A stretch of DNA of 39,774 bases from a virus (IMGVR_UViG_3300050153_000029:1-39774); one strand, 5' to 3'. Counted from the stretch's first letter, positions 6,636 through 16,159 are shown. Translations and numbers: made by a program. Notes: generated by a model not told the origin, from the letters alone.

Positions 6636-6832
6636 ACGCGTTTAGCTCCAACTACGTTAGCCAGCTCGCACCCCTGCCCAAGCAGCCCCAGGCAAAGGTC
6701 AAAGCAAACGCATTCGACGGCGACGACCACAAGGCCCGTCAAGCCTGCGTGCATCTGCCCAGCACTAACCCAACGTCACGCGCTGATGCCATTCGGCGCG
6801 GCAACTCACAGACAAGCGGGGCCAAGCCATGA
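6632..6832 (+). CDS. Hypothetical protein
   Basis: ATGA overlaps at both ends. Confidence 0.6.
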   Translation: MNAFSSNYVSQLAPLPKQPQAKVKANAFDGDDHKARQACVHLPSTNPTSRADAIRRGNSQTSGAKP

Positions 6833-7122
6833 ACAAGCAAACACAGTGCGCCAAGTTGCTAAAAGCCCTGCGCCGCAAGCGTGGCGTAACGAGCCTTGAA
6901 GCGGCGCTTGACTTGTCCATTACCTCGCTGCACCGCCGCCTGGCTGATCTGCGCACCATGGGCGTATCAATCCAAGCCCAGCCCGCCAAGAGCCCATGCG
7001 GCACTCGCTTTAACCGCTACTTCGCAACGCATGTGCCCGAGCACCTAGTGCACCAGCCCGCATCCTTCCTTGAAGGCGTTAACGCTGCCTTGGTGGGCAT
7101 TGCTCGCAAGGCGAGGGGGTAA
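6829..7122 (+). CDS. Winged HTH protein
   Basis: TQCAKLLKALRR...VTSLEAALDLSITSLHRRLADLRTMGVSI. Confidence 0.8.
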   Translation: MNKQTQCAKLLKALRRKRGVTSLEAALDLSITSLHRRLADLRTMGVSIQAQPAKSPCGTRFNRYFATHVPEHLVHQPASFLEGVNAALVGIARKARG

Positions 7123-7125
7123 GCC

Positions 7126-8061
7126 GTGGCCGGTGACTGGATCAAGATGCGCACAAACCTTTGGGATGACCCACGGGTAGCGCGCTTGTGTGATCTGACC
7201 GACCAGGGCGAGGCCGCAGTAGTTGGTGGCTTGTATTGGCTTTGGGCGATGGCAGACAGTCACACCGAGGACGGCATATTGCCCGGCCTCACAACGCGTG
7301 CTATCGACCGGAAAACCGGCGTGCAGGGCCTTGGTGATGCCCTAGTGTCTGTTGGTTGGGTTGCTGATCACCCAGAGGGTGTGCGCATCATTGGCTTTGA
7401 GCAGCACAACGGTACATCTGCAAAACGTCGGTGCACTGACGCGCAAGCGAAGGCAAACAAACGCAAGCCGTCCGCTGAAGCTCCGAGCAATGTCGTAGAA
7501 ATGTCCGCATGCGATGCGGACAAAGCGCAGACAAGCGACGGACAAAAAACGGACAACTGCCGAGCTAGAGAAGAGAAGAGAAGAGAAGAGGAATACACAC
7601 CACCTAACGGTGGTGATGGCGCGCAAGCCGCGCCAGCCAAGTCAAAGCGGGGTTCACGCCTCGCTGACGATTGGTTTCTCCCTCAAGCCTGGGGCCAATG
7701 GGCACTCGACAGGTTCCCGCACTTCACGCCCGAGGTCGTCAGGGATGAGGCTTTGAAGTTCGCCAATCACTGGCGCTCAAAGTCGGGCAAAGACGCTACC
7801 AAGCTCGATTGGCAAGGCACATGGCAGAACTGGTGCATGTCCGATATTTGCCAGCGCTCACATGCCCCGCCCAGTCGAAGCAACGAGCCGAACTACGCCC
7901 GCCACATGCGGGAGCGCGTCGAACAAGCAGCCGGGTCACTTGCCCACATCGTTGCAGCCAAAGCCCCCGGAAAACGCCCCCCCGAACCTTGGGAGATAGC
8001 AATTGAACAGAAAACGATTGAAGCCGATAGAGCACGAACACTTGCCATCGGCGTGGATTGA
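7126..8061 (+). CDS. Phage replication initiator (O-analogue; DnaT-like C-terminal region)
   Basis: MAGDWIKMRTNLWDDPRV N-terminus, REEKRREE linker, RGSRLADDW...FANHW...DWQGTWQNW. Confidence 0.8.
   Translation: MAGDWIKMRTNLWDDPRVARLCDLTDQGEAAVVGGLYWLWAMADSHTEDGILPGLTTRAIDRKTGVQGLGDALVSVGWVADHPEGVRIIGFEQHNGTSAKRRCTDAQAKANKRKPSAEAPSNVVEMSACDADKAQTSDGQKTDNCRAREEKRREEEYTPPNGGDGAQAAPAKSKRGSRLADDWFLPQAWGQWALDRFPHFTPEVVRDEALKFANHWRSKSGKDATKLDWQGTWQNWCMSDICQRSHAPPSRSNEPNYARHMRERVEQAAGSLAHIVAAKAPGKRPPEPWEIAIEQKTIEADRARTLAIGVD
7502..7592. other. Putative replication origin (iterons plus purine tract)
   Basis: C(G/A)GACAA at 7517, 7528, 7539 and 7550 (11-bp period); inverted TGTCCG at 7502; followed by an (AGAAG)n tract. 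Confidence 0.55.
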
Positions 8062-8500
8062 CCGGATCTTCTCAGTGCTCACCGCTCGCTTTGGTCGGGA
8101 CTTTTTGGGCCGATGGGAGGGCATTCAACTTGACATCGTGAAAGCCGATTGGGCCGAGCAACTGGCGGGCCTACAAAGCCGCCCCGATGCGATCAAGTAC
8201 GCATTGGATAACGTGGGCACCAAGGCCCCAAACGTCGCCGAGTTCAAAGAGCTTTGCGGGCGCGCCCCGGTGGATGGCCTGCTTGCCTTGAGGGCGCCCA
8301 AAGCGAGCGATGACGTTATCGAAAAGGCTGTGGCGATTGCCCGCGCAGCACTGCTCACCCGCAACGGTGGGCACTTGGACACGCTGCGTGACCTGGCCGA
8401 ATCGGATGCACGAGACGGCACATATCGAGGCCAGCCGGTAACGATGGCTCAACGACAAACGTACCGGCAAGCGCTGGGCATGAACAGGGTGATGCCATGA
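8003..8500 (+). CDS. Replication protein P-like helicase loader (start uncertain)
   Basis: LPSAWIDRIFSVLTARFGRDFLGRW...W...L...PNVAEFKELC; follows the initiator. Confidence 0.7.
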   Translation: MNRKRLKPIEHEHLPSAWIDRIFSVLTARFGRDFLGRWEGIQLDIVKADWAEQLAGLQSRPDAIKYALDNVGTKAPNVAEFKELCGRAPVDGLLALRAPKASDDVIEKAVAIARAALLTRNGGHLDTLRDLAESDARDGTYRGQPVTMAQRQTYRQALGMNRVMP

Positions 8501-8607
8501 CCGCAAAACAGTACGCCATGCGCCTGCTTGATCTGGCGCGGAACGGTTTCAACATTGACCCCGAGCGCATCACATGGGCGCTGCGGGTAACGGGGGATCT
8601 GACATGA
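8497..8607 (+). CDS. Very small hypothetical protein (MTAKQYAMRLLDLARNG...TWALRVTGDLT)
   Basis: Manually translated; ATGA overlaps at both ends. Confidence 0.55.
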   Translation: MTAKQYAMRLLDLARNGFNIDPERITWALRVTGDLT

Positions 8608-8924
8608 TCAGCGCATCTCAAAGAAACAAACTGGCACTGCGATACCGACGCGAGGTTGTTGACCTTCTGCGCAGCCGTGGTCCCATGAGCAGTTCAGCCA
8701 TTGCAGCCGAGCTGGGCTACACCCGAAGCAAGGTATACGAAACACTCAAAGAATTGCAGCGCAGAGACTTGGCCTCGCCAGAGGGCGAGAACAACGCAAC
8801 ACGCTGGGGGGCCTCGCCTATACCCCCCGATCTTGATACGCACCAGACCGAGTTTCTTGGGGTGTCAAGCATCTTCCAGGCTGGGTATCTGTTCCACAAG
8901 GGCGCTCAAGGGGTGAGGTCATGA
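8604..8924 (+). CDS. Winged HTH protein
   Basis: VVDLLRSRGPMSSSAIAAELGYTRSKVYETLKELQRR. Confidence 0.75.
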   Translation: MISASQRNKLALRYRREVVDLLRSRGPMSSSAIAAELGYTRSKVYETLKELQRRDLASPEGENNATRWGASPIPPDLDTHQTEFLGVSSIFQAGYLFHKGAQGVRS

Positions 8925-9343
8925 CCCCCTTTAAATCCGTCCCCATGCAGATCGCCCGCAACCCTGTTGCCCGAGCAATCGCTAACTCTGCACTTGCTGC
9001 ATCTGTCCGCACATTTCAAACCCGGCTGTACATGCTGGCTGATGGTGAGGACTGCGAAGGCGATGCGGTAGCCGCTATGCAAGTTCTTGCTGTGGTCATT
9101 GAGGCTTTGAAGATCGCACGCCAGGCCGAAACGCCCGATGCCCGCGTGATCCGTGGCGCCATGTCCTGCCTCGTCCAGATTGCAGAGCGCGGCTTTACAT
9201 GGCGCGCTGCTGATGCTGGGGCGATTGACGCAGCACTGACACGCAGCGTGGATGAATACAAGCGTATCCCGGCTGTGACGATCAATCAAGCATGGGCCAA
9301 GGTCATGGAAACGAATCGTCGATTGCACGCGGAGGCGGCATGA
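8921..9343 (+). CDS. Hypothetical phage protein
   Basis: GAGG SD, ATGA overlaps. Confidence 0.75.
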   Translation: MTPFKSVPMQIARNPVARAIANSALAASVRTFQTRLYMLADGEDCEGDAVAAMQVLAVVIEALKIARQAETPDARVIRGAMSCLVQIAERGFTWRAADAGAIDAALTRSVDEYKRIPAVTINQAWAKVMETNRRLHAEAA

Positions 9344-9546
9344 CCTACACCGCCCGATACACCAACTTCGCCCGCGTGCGCAGATTTGAGCCAGGCTCAC
9401 CCGAGGCGCCAATGATGTATGAGTTTGTGATTTGGATTCGCGCCAAGTGGGAGGAGTGGGCAAAGCTGTGCGGTCGCAACACCTACCACCTAACGCCAGA
9501 GGATCACGCGGCGTTTGATGTGTGGCTGTCTAAGGAGGCGGCATGA
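9340..9546 (+). CDS. Hypothetical phage protein
   Basis: GGAGG SD, ATGA overlaps. Confidence 0.7.
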   Translation: MTYTARYTNFARVRRFEPGSPEAPMMYEFVIWIRAKWEEWAKLCGRNTYHLTPEDHAAFDVWLSKEAA

Positions 9547-9815
9547 ACTCCACCCCCGAATACAAAGCCGAATGCCCAGCCTGCACACAAGCTGAACAGT
9601 CGCCCGCAAGTGGGTACTACATCGCTGATTGCATTGAGTGCTCATGCCGTGCATTAGCTCAATCGCCTGAGGCATGGAAGGCCATCAACGCACTGAGCAA
9701 CGTACCTTTGCAGCAGGCCATGCAGAGACTCGCCAAGGGTGATGCACAGAACTATGAGCAGATCCGCAAGCGCGTGTGGTACTGGATCGGAAAAGCCCAG
9801 GGGGTGAAGGCATGA
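9543..9815 (+). CDS. Zn-binding hypothetical protein (CPAC...CIEC)
   Basis: Two CxxC motifs; AGGAGG SD. Confidence 0.7.
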   Translation: MNSTPEYKAECPACTQAEQSPASGYYIADCIECSCRALAQSPEAWKAINALSNVPLQQAMQRLAKGDAQNYEQIRKRVWYWIGKAQGVKA

Positions 9816-10282
9816 GCATTGCAACAAGCTACAGCGGCGAAGTGCGCTTTGTCCGCAGCAATCACAGCAGCCGTTCAGGCACAACGATAACGCTGGCCCT
9901 GCCTGACACCGATGAGCTATCAAAAGTGACCGGCATGGATGGCAAACGCTACATGCTGGCGCTGGTTGAGATTGGCGACGATGAGCAGCCGGTTCAACCT
10001 GTCGCGCCCGTAGAAAAGGTTAAAGGCGGCGCGCTTGCCAAGCTGGCGGGCATTTGGTGCGGCGAGAGGGAGTTTTGGCGCTGGGCGTCAGCTCAAGTCA
10101 TGGCGCCAGTGCGCAACGCAGACGAGGCGGCAGAGTTCATCCGTGTGTACTGCGGTATTTCAAGCCGGGCCGAGCTTGACGCATCAGAGGATGTGGCTGG
10201 GCGCTTTCAGCGCTTGATTCGCGGCCCGTACATGAAGCACATGGCAACTGCGGCATTCACTGCGCAGGAGGTGCCAGCGTGA
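9812..10282 (+). CDS. Hypothetical nin-region protein
   Basis: KGGALAKLAGIWC...FIRVYCGISSRAELD, a recurrent phage motif; overlaps with neighbours. Confidence 0.75.
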   Translation: MSIATSYSGEVRFVRSNHSSRSGTTITLALPDTDELSKVTGMDGKRYMLALVEIGDDEQPVQPVAPVEKVKGGALAKLAGIWCGEREFWRWASAQVMAPVRNADEAAEFIRVYCGISSRAELDASEDVAGRFQRLIRGPYMKHMATAAFTAQEVPA

Positions 10283-10599
10283 TCGCCTTCCCCAAGACAA
10301 AGCCCGTCCGCAGCGAGAAATACCGCCGCCTTGTCTCGCTGATGCCTTGCTTCGGCTGCGGGATCGAAGGATACAGCCAGGCTGCACACCCCAACACAGG
10401 CAAGGGTGCAGGCATGAAAACCTCTGACCTCGATTGCTTCCCGCTTTGCGCTGACCGGCCAGGCGTGAGGGGTTGTCACTCGCTGCACGATCAGGGCGGG
10501 CTTATCTCAAAGCTGGACCGGCGCAGGCTGGAAGCGTTCTATGTCGAATCGGCACAAAAGCGCGCTAAGGCGCTGGGCTGGTCGTTTGGGGAGGTGTGA
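10279..10599 (+). CDS. HNH-like Zn nuclease (DUF968/DUF1364-like)
   Basis: RSEKYRRLVSLMPCFGCG...AAH...GAGMKTSD...PLC...CH. Confidence 0.75.
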   Translation: MIAFPKTKPVRSEKYRRLVSLMPCFGCGIEGYSQAAHPNTGKGAGMKTSDLDCFPLCADRPGVRGCHSLHDQGGLISKLDRRRLEAFYVESAQKRAKALGWSFGEV

Positions 10600-10934
10600 T
10601 GCACGCGGTTTACTCACTGCCCATCAAGACCGTCACCGGCCTGAACGCCCGCGAGCACTGGCGCAAGCGTGCCGCCCGCGTGAAAGCAGAACGCCACACA
10701 ACCGCTAGCGTTGTGAAGCCTTTCCCTGTCCCGTGCATCGTCCGCTTGATACGACTCTCACCAGCGATGTGCGACGACGACAACTTGCAAGGCGCATGCA
10801 AGGCTATACGGGACGAGATCGCCAAGATTTGCGGCGTTGATGACGGTCCACAAGGGCCGATCACATGGGCGTATGCCCAAGAGAAATGCAAGCGCGGCAC
10901 GTTTGGTGTGCGCGTTGAGTTGTTGGCTATTTGA
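10596..10934 (+). CDS. RusA-like Holliday junction resolvase
   Basis: DDDNLQGACKAIRD...GVDD acidic motif pattern. Confidence 0.65.
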   Translation: MMHAVYSLPIKTVTGLNAREHWRKRAARVKAERHTTASVVKPFPVPCIVRLIRLSPAMCDDDNLQGACKAIRDEIAKICGVDDGPQGPITWAYAQEKCKRGTFGVRVELLAI

Positions 10935-10943
10935 AGGAGACAC

Positions 10944-11333
10944 ATGGAGCACGAAGCAACCGCAATTGATGCCAGCCTAGACGCTCTCCTTGTTATTTGG
11001 CACCAGTGGGCCAGCAGTGAGCAAGTTGGCCAGGGCTACCCATCAGAGGCCGCAGGCATGAAGATGTACCGGGTCAGCCGCCAATACGATTACGACAATG
11101 GGGCCATTGATGGTGAGGTTGATGCAACTGTGGGCGCGGCAGTTGACGCACTGGTCAGCCAAATGCAAGACCCGCACCGAACAGCCATCCACATCAATGC
11201 GCGCAACCTCAAAACTGGCGCGCATGTGTGGGGATCAGACCGCATCACTTGCGACCCAGTAGAGCGCGCCGTGATCGTGCTTGAGGCTCGAAACCAGTTG
11301 ATGCGCAAAATGCAGTCAGCGGGGTTGATGTGA
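10944..11333 (+). CDS. Late antiterminator Q-like protein
   Basis: LDALLVIWHQWA N-terminus; last early gene, directly before a promoter and terminator; AGGAG SD. Confidence 0.6.
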   Translation: MEHEATAIDASLDALLVIWHQWASSEQVGQGYPSEAAGMKMYRVSRQYDYDNGAIDGEVDATVGAAVDALVSQMQDPHRTAIHINARNLKTGAHVWGSDRITCDPVERAVIVLEARNQLMRKMQSAGLM

Positions 11334-11338
11334 TGGTG

Positions 11339-11368
11339 TTGACACCGCGCTAAAACTGTGCGTTAATT
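11339..11368 (+). promoter_or_regulatory. PR'-like late promoter
   Basis: TTGACA 11339-44, 17 bp, GTTAAT 11362-67. Confidence 0.6.
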
Positions 11369-11387
11369 GGTGCGGGCAAATGCCCCT

Positions 11388-11420
11388 AAAACCCGCTTAG
11401 AGAAATCTGGCGGGTTTTTT
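11388..11420 (+). terminator. tR'-like intrinsic terminator
   Basis: AAAACCCGC...GCGGGTTTTTT. Confidence 0.85.
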
Positions 11421-11669
11421 CGTTTATGGCCCGGCGTCATCGCCTCAACCAATCGCAGTTCGCTGTACCGACGCGATAGCACTGCCGGGCCACCATTAGC
11501 CGCCGTTTCGGCTGCACCAGGGCGCAATGCCCATTGCCGCAGCCCAGGCGCAGTGCAGGCAGCACTTGATATGCCACAACGCCCCGACGCTTAGGGAAGC
11601 AACCCGCGAACTCCTTGCGGGCTCTGCGGCGTGTGGGGATCTTCAGCGAGCAACCCTAAGGGATTCGCA

Positions 11670-11981
11670 ATGTCCAAAGTAGAGACCACTAGAAAGCGCG
11701 TCAAGACAGGCGGGCGGACGAAGGGTGTCCCCAACAAAGCCACTCAAGAGTTCCGCGAGACGGTTCAGAAGCTGCTTGACGATAACCGCGCGAACGTCGC
11801 AAAGTGGCTGAAGCTGGTTGCAGAGGGCGACGACATCAAAGACGTGAAGCCAAACCCTGCCAAGGCCCTTGAGCTGCTTTCTAGCCTGGCCGAGTTCGCG
11901 GCGCCCAAGTTGGCGCGAACTGAGCACACGGGCGCAGATGGCGGCGACATCAAGGCATCGATCACGGTCAGCTTCAAGTGA
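11670..11981 (+). CDS. terS: Terminase small subunit
   Basis: KTGGRTKGVPNKAT, APKLARTEHTGADGG; directly upstream of terL. Confidence 0.75.
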   Translation: MSKVETTRKRVKTGGRTKGVPNKATQEFRETVQKLLDDNRANVAKWLKLVAEGDDIKDVKPNPAKALELLSSLAEFAAPKLARTEHTGADGGDIKASITVSFK

Positions 11982-13261
11982 ACGTCGAGTTCCCGCAAAA
12001 GCTGCGCTGCCTGTTTGAGCCCAGCCGCTACAAGTTTTTGAAGGGTGGTCGAGGGTCGGCTAAGTCTTGGTCTGTGGCGCGTGCGCTGCTGATTCAAGGG
12101 GCGATGCAGCCGCACCGCATTCTTTGCACGCGAGAAGTTCAGAAGTCCATCAAGCAGTCTGTTCACCAACTGCTGAAGGATCAGATTCAGGCAATGGGCC
12201 TGTCCTCGTTCTACGAGGTGTTGCAGACTGAGATACGCGGGGCGAACGGCACGGCCTTTCACTTTGCTGGCTTGTCTGATCAGACGGTTGATTCGATCAA
12301 GTCGTTTGAGGGCTGCACGCGGGTCTGGATCGAAGAAGGCCAGACCATCACCAAGCGGTCATGGCAGATTCTGACGCCCACGATCCGGGCGGATGACTCT
12401 GAAATATGGGTGACGTACAACCCCGAGCTAGAGACGGACGAAACGCACCTGCGCGCAGTCAGTGAGAAGCGCGACCCGGACACGGTGACTGTTGAGATCA
12501 ACTATCACGACAACCCGTGGTTCCCTGCTGTGCTGGAGAAGGAGCGCCAGCACGCACAGAACACGCTCACGCCCGAGGAATACGGGCATGTATGGTTGGG
12601 GCGCTGTATGCCTGCTGTGGCTGGCGCAATCTACTTCAACGAGATTGCTCAAGCCGAGGCGGCGGGGCGCATTGGCCGCTTCCCGTATGACCCAGCGCTG
12701 AAGGTGCACCGCGTCTGGGATATGGGCTGGAACGACTGCATGGCAATCATCCTGGCTCAGCGCAATGGTTCGGCGGTGTCAGTGGTTGGGTATGTGACCG
12801 GCACACACAGAACAACGGCTGACTACATCGCCGAGTTTAGGGGCGACAAGTACAAGGGCTGGAATTGGGGAACGGACTTTCTGCCCCATGACGGCTTCGC
12901 AAACAACAGGCAGACCGGCAAAGCAGATGCGGACATTCTGCGCGGGCTTGGCTGTGCTGTCGCGCAGACGCCAAACATGGAAGTAGAGCAGGGCATCAGG
13001 CAGGCGCGCCTGTTCTTCCCGAAGGTCTATTTAGACAAAGAGGCAACCGCCTCGATTGATCCTGAGTTGCCCGGCCTGGTTGAGTGCTTGAAGCGCTACA
13101 GGCGGCGGATCAATCAGCAGACGAAGACAGCAGAAGCCCCATTGCATGACGTGCACAGCAATGGCGCCGATGCTTTCCGCTACTTGGCCTTGAACGCCGA
13201 GCAGATGACAAACGAGACATGGGGCGGCGCCCTGAATTACGGAACCCTTGGGATCGTATGA
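11978..13261 (+). CDS. terL: Terminase large subunit (PBSX/Terminase_3 type)
   Basis: Walker A GGRGSAKS, IKSFEG, WIEEGQ, TYNP, nuclease WDMG and DAFRY. Confidence 0.95.
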   Translation: MNVEFPQKLRCLFEPSRYKFLKGGRGSAKSWSVARALLIQGAMQPHRILCTREVQKSIKQSVHQLLKDQIQAMGLSSFYEVLQTEIRGANGTAFHFAGLSDQTVDSIKSFEGCTRVWIEEGQTITKRSWQILTPTIRADDSEIWVTYNPELETDETHLRAVSEKRDPDTVTVEINYHDNPWFPAVLEKERQHAQNTLTPEEYGHVWLGRCMPAVAGAIYFNEIAQAEAAGRIGRFPYDPALKVHRVWDMGWNDCMAIILAQRNGSAVSVVGYVTGTHRTTADYIAEFRGDKYKGWNWGTDFLPHDGFANNRQTGKADADILRGLGCAVAQTPNMEVEQGIRQARLFFPKVYLDKEATASIDPELPGLVECLKRYRRRINQQTKTAEAPLHDVHSNGADAFRYLALNAEQMTNETWGGALNYGTLGIV

Positions 13262-15399
13262 ACGACAAACTACGCACAGTCCTAGATCACGAGATTGAAC
13301 GATCCGTGTCCTGGGCTGCGTCCACGATCTGCGAAGAGCAGGAACGCAACCTTGCGTACTACCTGGGCTTGCCTATGGGTAACGAGGTTGAAGGCCGCTC
13401 GCAAGTCGTATCGTGGGACGTGTTCGAGATTGTCGAAAGCGCTTTGCCGTCATTCCTTGAGCCGCTTTTCGGTGGCGACAACATTGCTGAGTTCCAGCCT
13501 CAAGGCCCCGAGGATGAAGAGAAGGCCAGGCAGGCTACGGACTATATCAATTACCTCGTGACAGAGCGCAATGAGGGATTCATGGTGTTCTACACATGGA
13601 TCAAAGACGCGCTCTTGTCGAAGGTTGGCGTTGTCCGCCCTGAGTGGCAAGACCAAGAGCCTCAGCGGTGTGAGTACGAAGGCTTGACACAAGAGCAAGT
13701 CACGCTCTTGATGCAGGACAGCCGAAACGAAATCATTGAAGCTGAGATTGGCGGCAAGACTGAGAGCGAAGGCGCAGAGCCAGGCGAGCCAGCCGACCAG
13801 ATGGAGGCGATGGACCTGATTCAGCAGCCGGTTCCGGTCTATGACGTGACGGTGTTGAAGCATCGCCCCGGCAAGGTCAACCTGCGCAATATCAAGCCGT
13901 CCGAGTTCATCATTTCGCAGGATGCGCGCACGCCTGATGACGCAAAAGTCATTGGTGAAATCGTGGTTTACACACGCTCAGAGCTGAAGGAAATGAAGCT
14001 AAAGCGCTGGGCTGATGTGTCGGACTACGATGCGCCTTTTAGTGCCGTTCAGTACACCGAGCCTGACGGCCATCAGGCGTTTTTGATGTCAGATGACGCG
14101 GCGGCTTTTGAACTTGAGCAGGTGCGTTTGTTCAAAGGCTTTGTGCGCTGCGACTGCAACGGCGACGGAATCGCGGAATGGCGCGACGTGCTGGTGGGCG
14201 GTGGACCTGACGATATCCTGATCGACGAGGAGGCGACCGGCCAGGATTACGCAGTGATCACGCCAATCCCTATCCCGCATCGCGTCATCGGCATGGCCTA
14301 CGCTGACCCAGCTTCAGAGATTCAACGACTCAAGACCGGCCTAACCCGCCAGTATCTTGACTCGCTCTATCTGGCGAACCGCCCCCGCACTTACGTAAAC
14401 ATGCAGGCGGCTACTGGCACGCCGATGATTGAGGACATGCTGAGCGACCGAATCGGCGGATTGATTCGCGGCAATGGGCCAGCGCAGAACGCATTGCAGC
14501 CAATCCAAACGAGCTTGGTGGCTAACGAGTCGTTGCAGGGCTTGCAGTTTGCCGACACGATGCGCGAAACCCGCCTTGGCATCACAAAGTACAACCAGGG
14601 TTTGGATGCGAATAGCCTGAACAAAACTGCGACTGGCATTGGCAAGATCATGCAGGCGTCAGAAATGCGCCTCAAGACGACGCTACGGATCATGGCCTAC
14701 ACGGGATTCAAGCGACTCTATAAGACGATCCTGCGCCTGACCAGCCAGAAGCAAGACGTAGCCGATGTGATCAAGCTGCGCAATGAGTGGGTGACGTTCA
14801 ATCCGGGTGACTGGGATGATTCGATGGATTGCAAGATCCAACTAGGCAGCACGAATGCTGAGCGCATGGAAGAGATTCAACACTTGCAGTTGTTCGGCCA
14901 GTTCATGCAGCAAGGCGCCCCGGTTGGTGTAACTACACCGAAGAACGTCTATGAGTTCGGCAAGACATTGGCGCGTGCTTCGCGGTTGATGGGCGCTGAA
15001 GAGAAGTATCTGACTGACCCAAGCGCAGGCCCGCAGAAGCCTCCTACACCGAGCCCCGAGCAGATCAAGGCGCAGGCCGATATGCAAAAGACGCAGGCTG
15101 AAATGCAGGCGGATCAGCAGAAGTTCCAGGCTCAAGCACAGATTGATGCCAGCGAGGCAGAGAAGCAGCGCGCACATGAATTGCAGCTTGAGGAAATGAA
15201 GGGCGCGCACGCTGAGCGGTTGAAGTTGTTCGAGCTTGCGTCGGGCCTGCTGGCCAGGACTGGGGCGCCTCAAGGCAACATCATCAACGGCACGCAACTG
15301 GATACAGCAGGACAGGTGATCAATCCTCAAGATATTGGGATGACGGCTGACGCTATCAATCAACTTGCAAGCCAGTTGCAAACACCTCAAGGCTATTGA
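13258..15399 (+). CDS. Portal protein (podovirus type, Gln-rich C-terminal barrel)
   Basis: YYLGLPMGNEVEGRSQVVSWDV, KDALLSKVGVV, PIPHRVIGM; follows terL. Confidence 0.9.
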   Translation: MNDKLRTVLDHEIERSVSWAASTICEEQERNLAYYLGLPMGNEVEGRSQVVSWDVFEIVESALPSFLEPLFGGDNIAEFQPQGPEDEEKARQATDYINYLVTERNEGFMVFYTWIKDALLSKVGVVRPEWQDQEPQRCEYEGLTQEQVTLLMQDSRNEIIEAEIGGKTESEGAEPGEPADQMEAMDLIQQPVPVYDVTVLKHRPGKVNLRNIKPSEFIISQDARTPDDAKVIGEIVVYTRSELKEMKLKRWADVSDYDAPFSAVQYTEPDGHQAFLMSDDAAAFELEQVRLFKGFVRCDCNGDGIAEWRDVLVGGGPDDILIDEEATGQDYAVITPIPIPHRVIGMAYADPASEIQRLKTGLTRQYLDSLYLANRPRTYVNMQAATGTPMIEDMLSDRIGGLIRGNGPAQNALQPIQTSLVANESLQGLQFADTMRETRLGITKYNQGLDANSLNKTATGIGKIMQASEMRLKTTLRIMAYTGFKRLYKTILRLTSQKQDVADVIKLRNEWVTFNPGDWDDSMDCKIQLGSTNAERMEEIQHLQLFGQFMQQGAPVGVTTPKNVYEFGKTLARASRLMGAEEKYLTDPSAGPQKPPTPSPEQIKAQADMQKTQAEMQADQQKFQAQAQIDASEAEKQRAHELQLEEMKGAHAERLKLFELASGLLARTGAPQGNIINGTQLDTAGQVINPQDIGMTADAINQLASQLQTPQGY

Positions 15400-15710
15400 T
15401 GAACGACCAGCAACGCGCGCAACTGGCCAGGGCTGAGCAGGCTAGGCGGATCATTGAAGACCCCGTTGTGGTCGATGCCCTGGCGATGATCAAAAACGCG
15501 ATCCGCGATCAGGTGTTTGACCTGCCGGTTGAAGCCCACGAACAGCGGGAAAAGCTGATCATGATGGACAAAGCCCGCGCACAGTTTGAGACTATCTTCA
15601 CGATGGCTGTGTTTGGCGCGGAGGTCACAGAGTACGAACTGACAGCACAGCGCGAAGCTGAAGCACGTCTAGACGCAATCCGAGAGCAGGCACGTAACTA
15701 TGCAGGCTGA
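15399..15710 (+). CDS. Small helical head-region protein
   Basis: Conserved position after portal; TGATG overlap. Confidence 0.75.
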   Translation: MNDQQRAQLARAEQARRIIEDPVVVDALAMIKNAIRDQVFDLPVEAHEQREKLIMMDKARAQFETIFTMAVFGAEVTEYELTAQREAEARLDAIREQARNYAG

Positions 15711-16041
15711 ACCCAAAAAGCGCGGCCCCAAGAGCAAGGCCGAGAAGACGGCGGAGGCCCTTACGGTGGCGTTTGCCGCCATCGGGCAAGGCAGCGCACA
15801 GGAAGGCATGGGCGCCGCGTCTGAGCCCGTTTCCGTGGCGTTCGTGGCCCCTCCCGTCGCGCCTGTTGGTTTGACGGTTGCCGAGTTCATCAAGGCACAT
15901 GAGCGTGATGACAACGTGCTGGTGGCCGTGTGGCACCCAGACGCCGATGGCGGCATTCATCAAGGCACTTTTTCAGGCATCCGGCTGAACCGTGGCCCAT
16001 TGGCTGCGCAGTACAGCGACGGAAGCAAAACAGACTTCTAA
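15700..16041 (+). CDS. Hypothetical protein
   Basis: PKKRGPKSK basic N-terminus; overlaps the previous gene. Confidence 0.65.
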   Translation: MQAEPKKRGPKSKAEKTAEALTVAFAAIGQGSAQEGMGAASEPVSVAFVAPPVAPVGLTVAEFIKAHERDDNVLVAVWHPDADGGIHQGTFSGIRLNRGPLAAQYSDGSKTDF

Positions 16042-16088
16042 ACCCGGACCGGGGCGGATTCCCCGGGGCATCAAGTTAGGACTATCCC

Positions 16089-16119
16089 AAGGGCTTCACA
16101 GCAATGTGCGGCCCTTTTT
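16089..16119 (+). terminator. Terminator-like hairpin in the scaffold leader
   Basis: AAGGGC..CACA-GCAA-TGTG..GCCCTTTTT. Confidence 0.6.
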
Positions 16120-16159
16120 CATTGGGCGTCACACCTTGGTGATTTGACTTGGACTAGCA

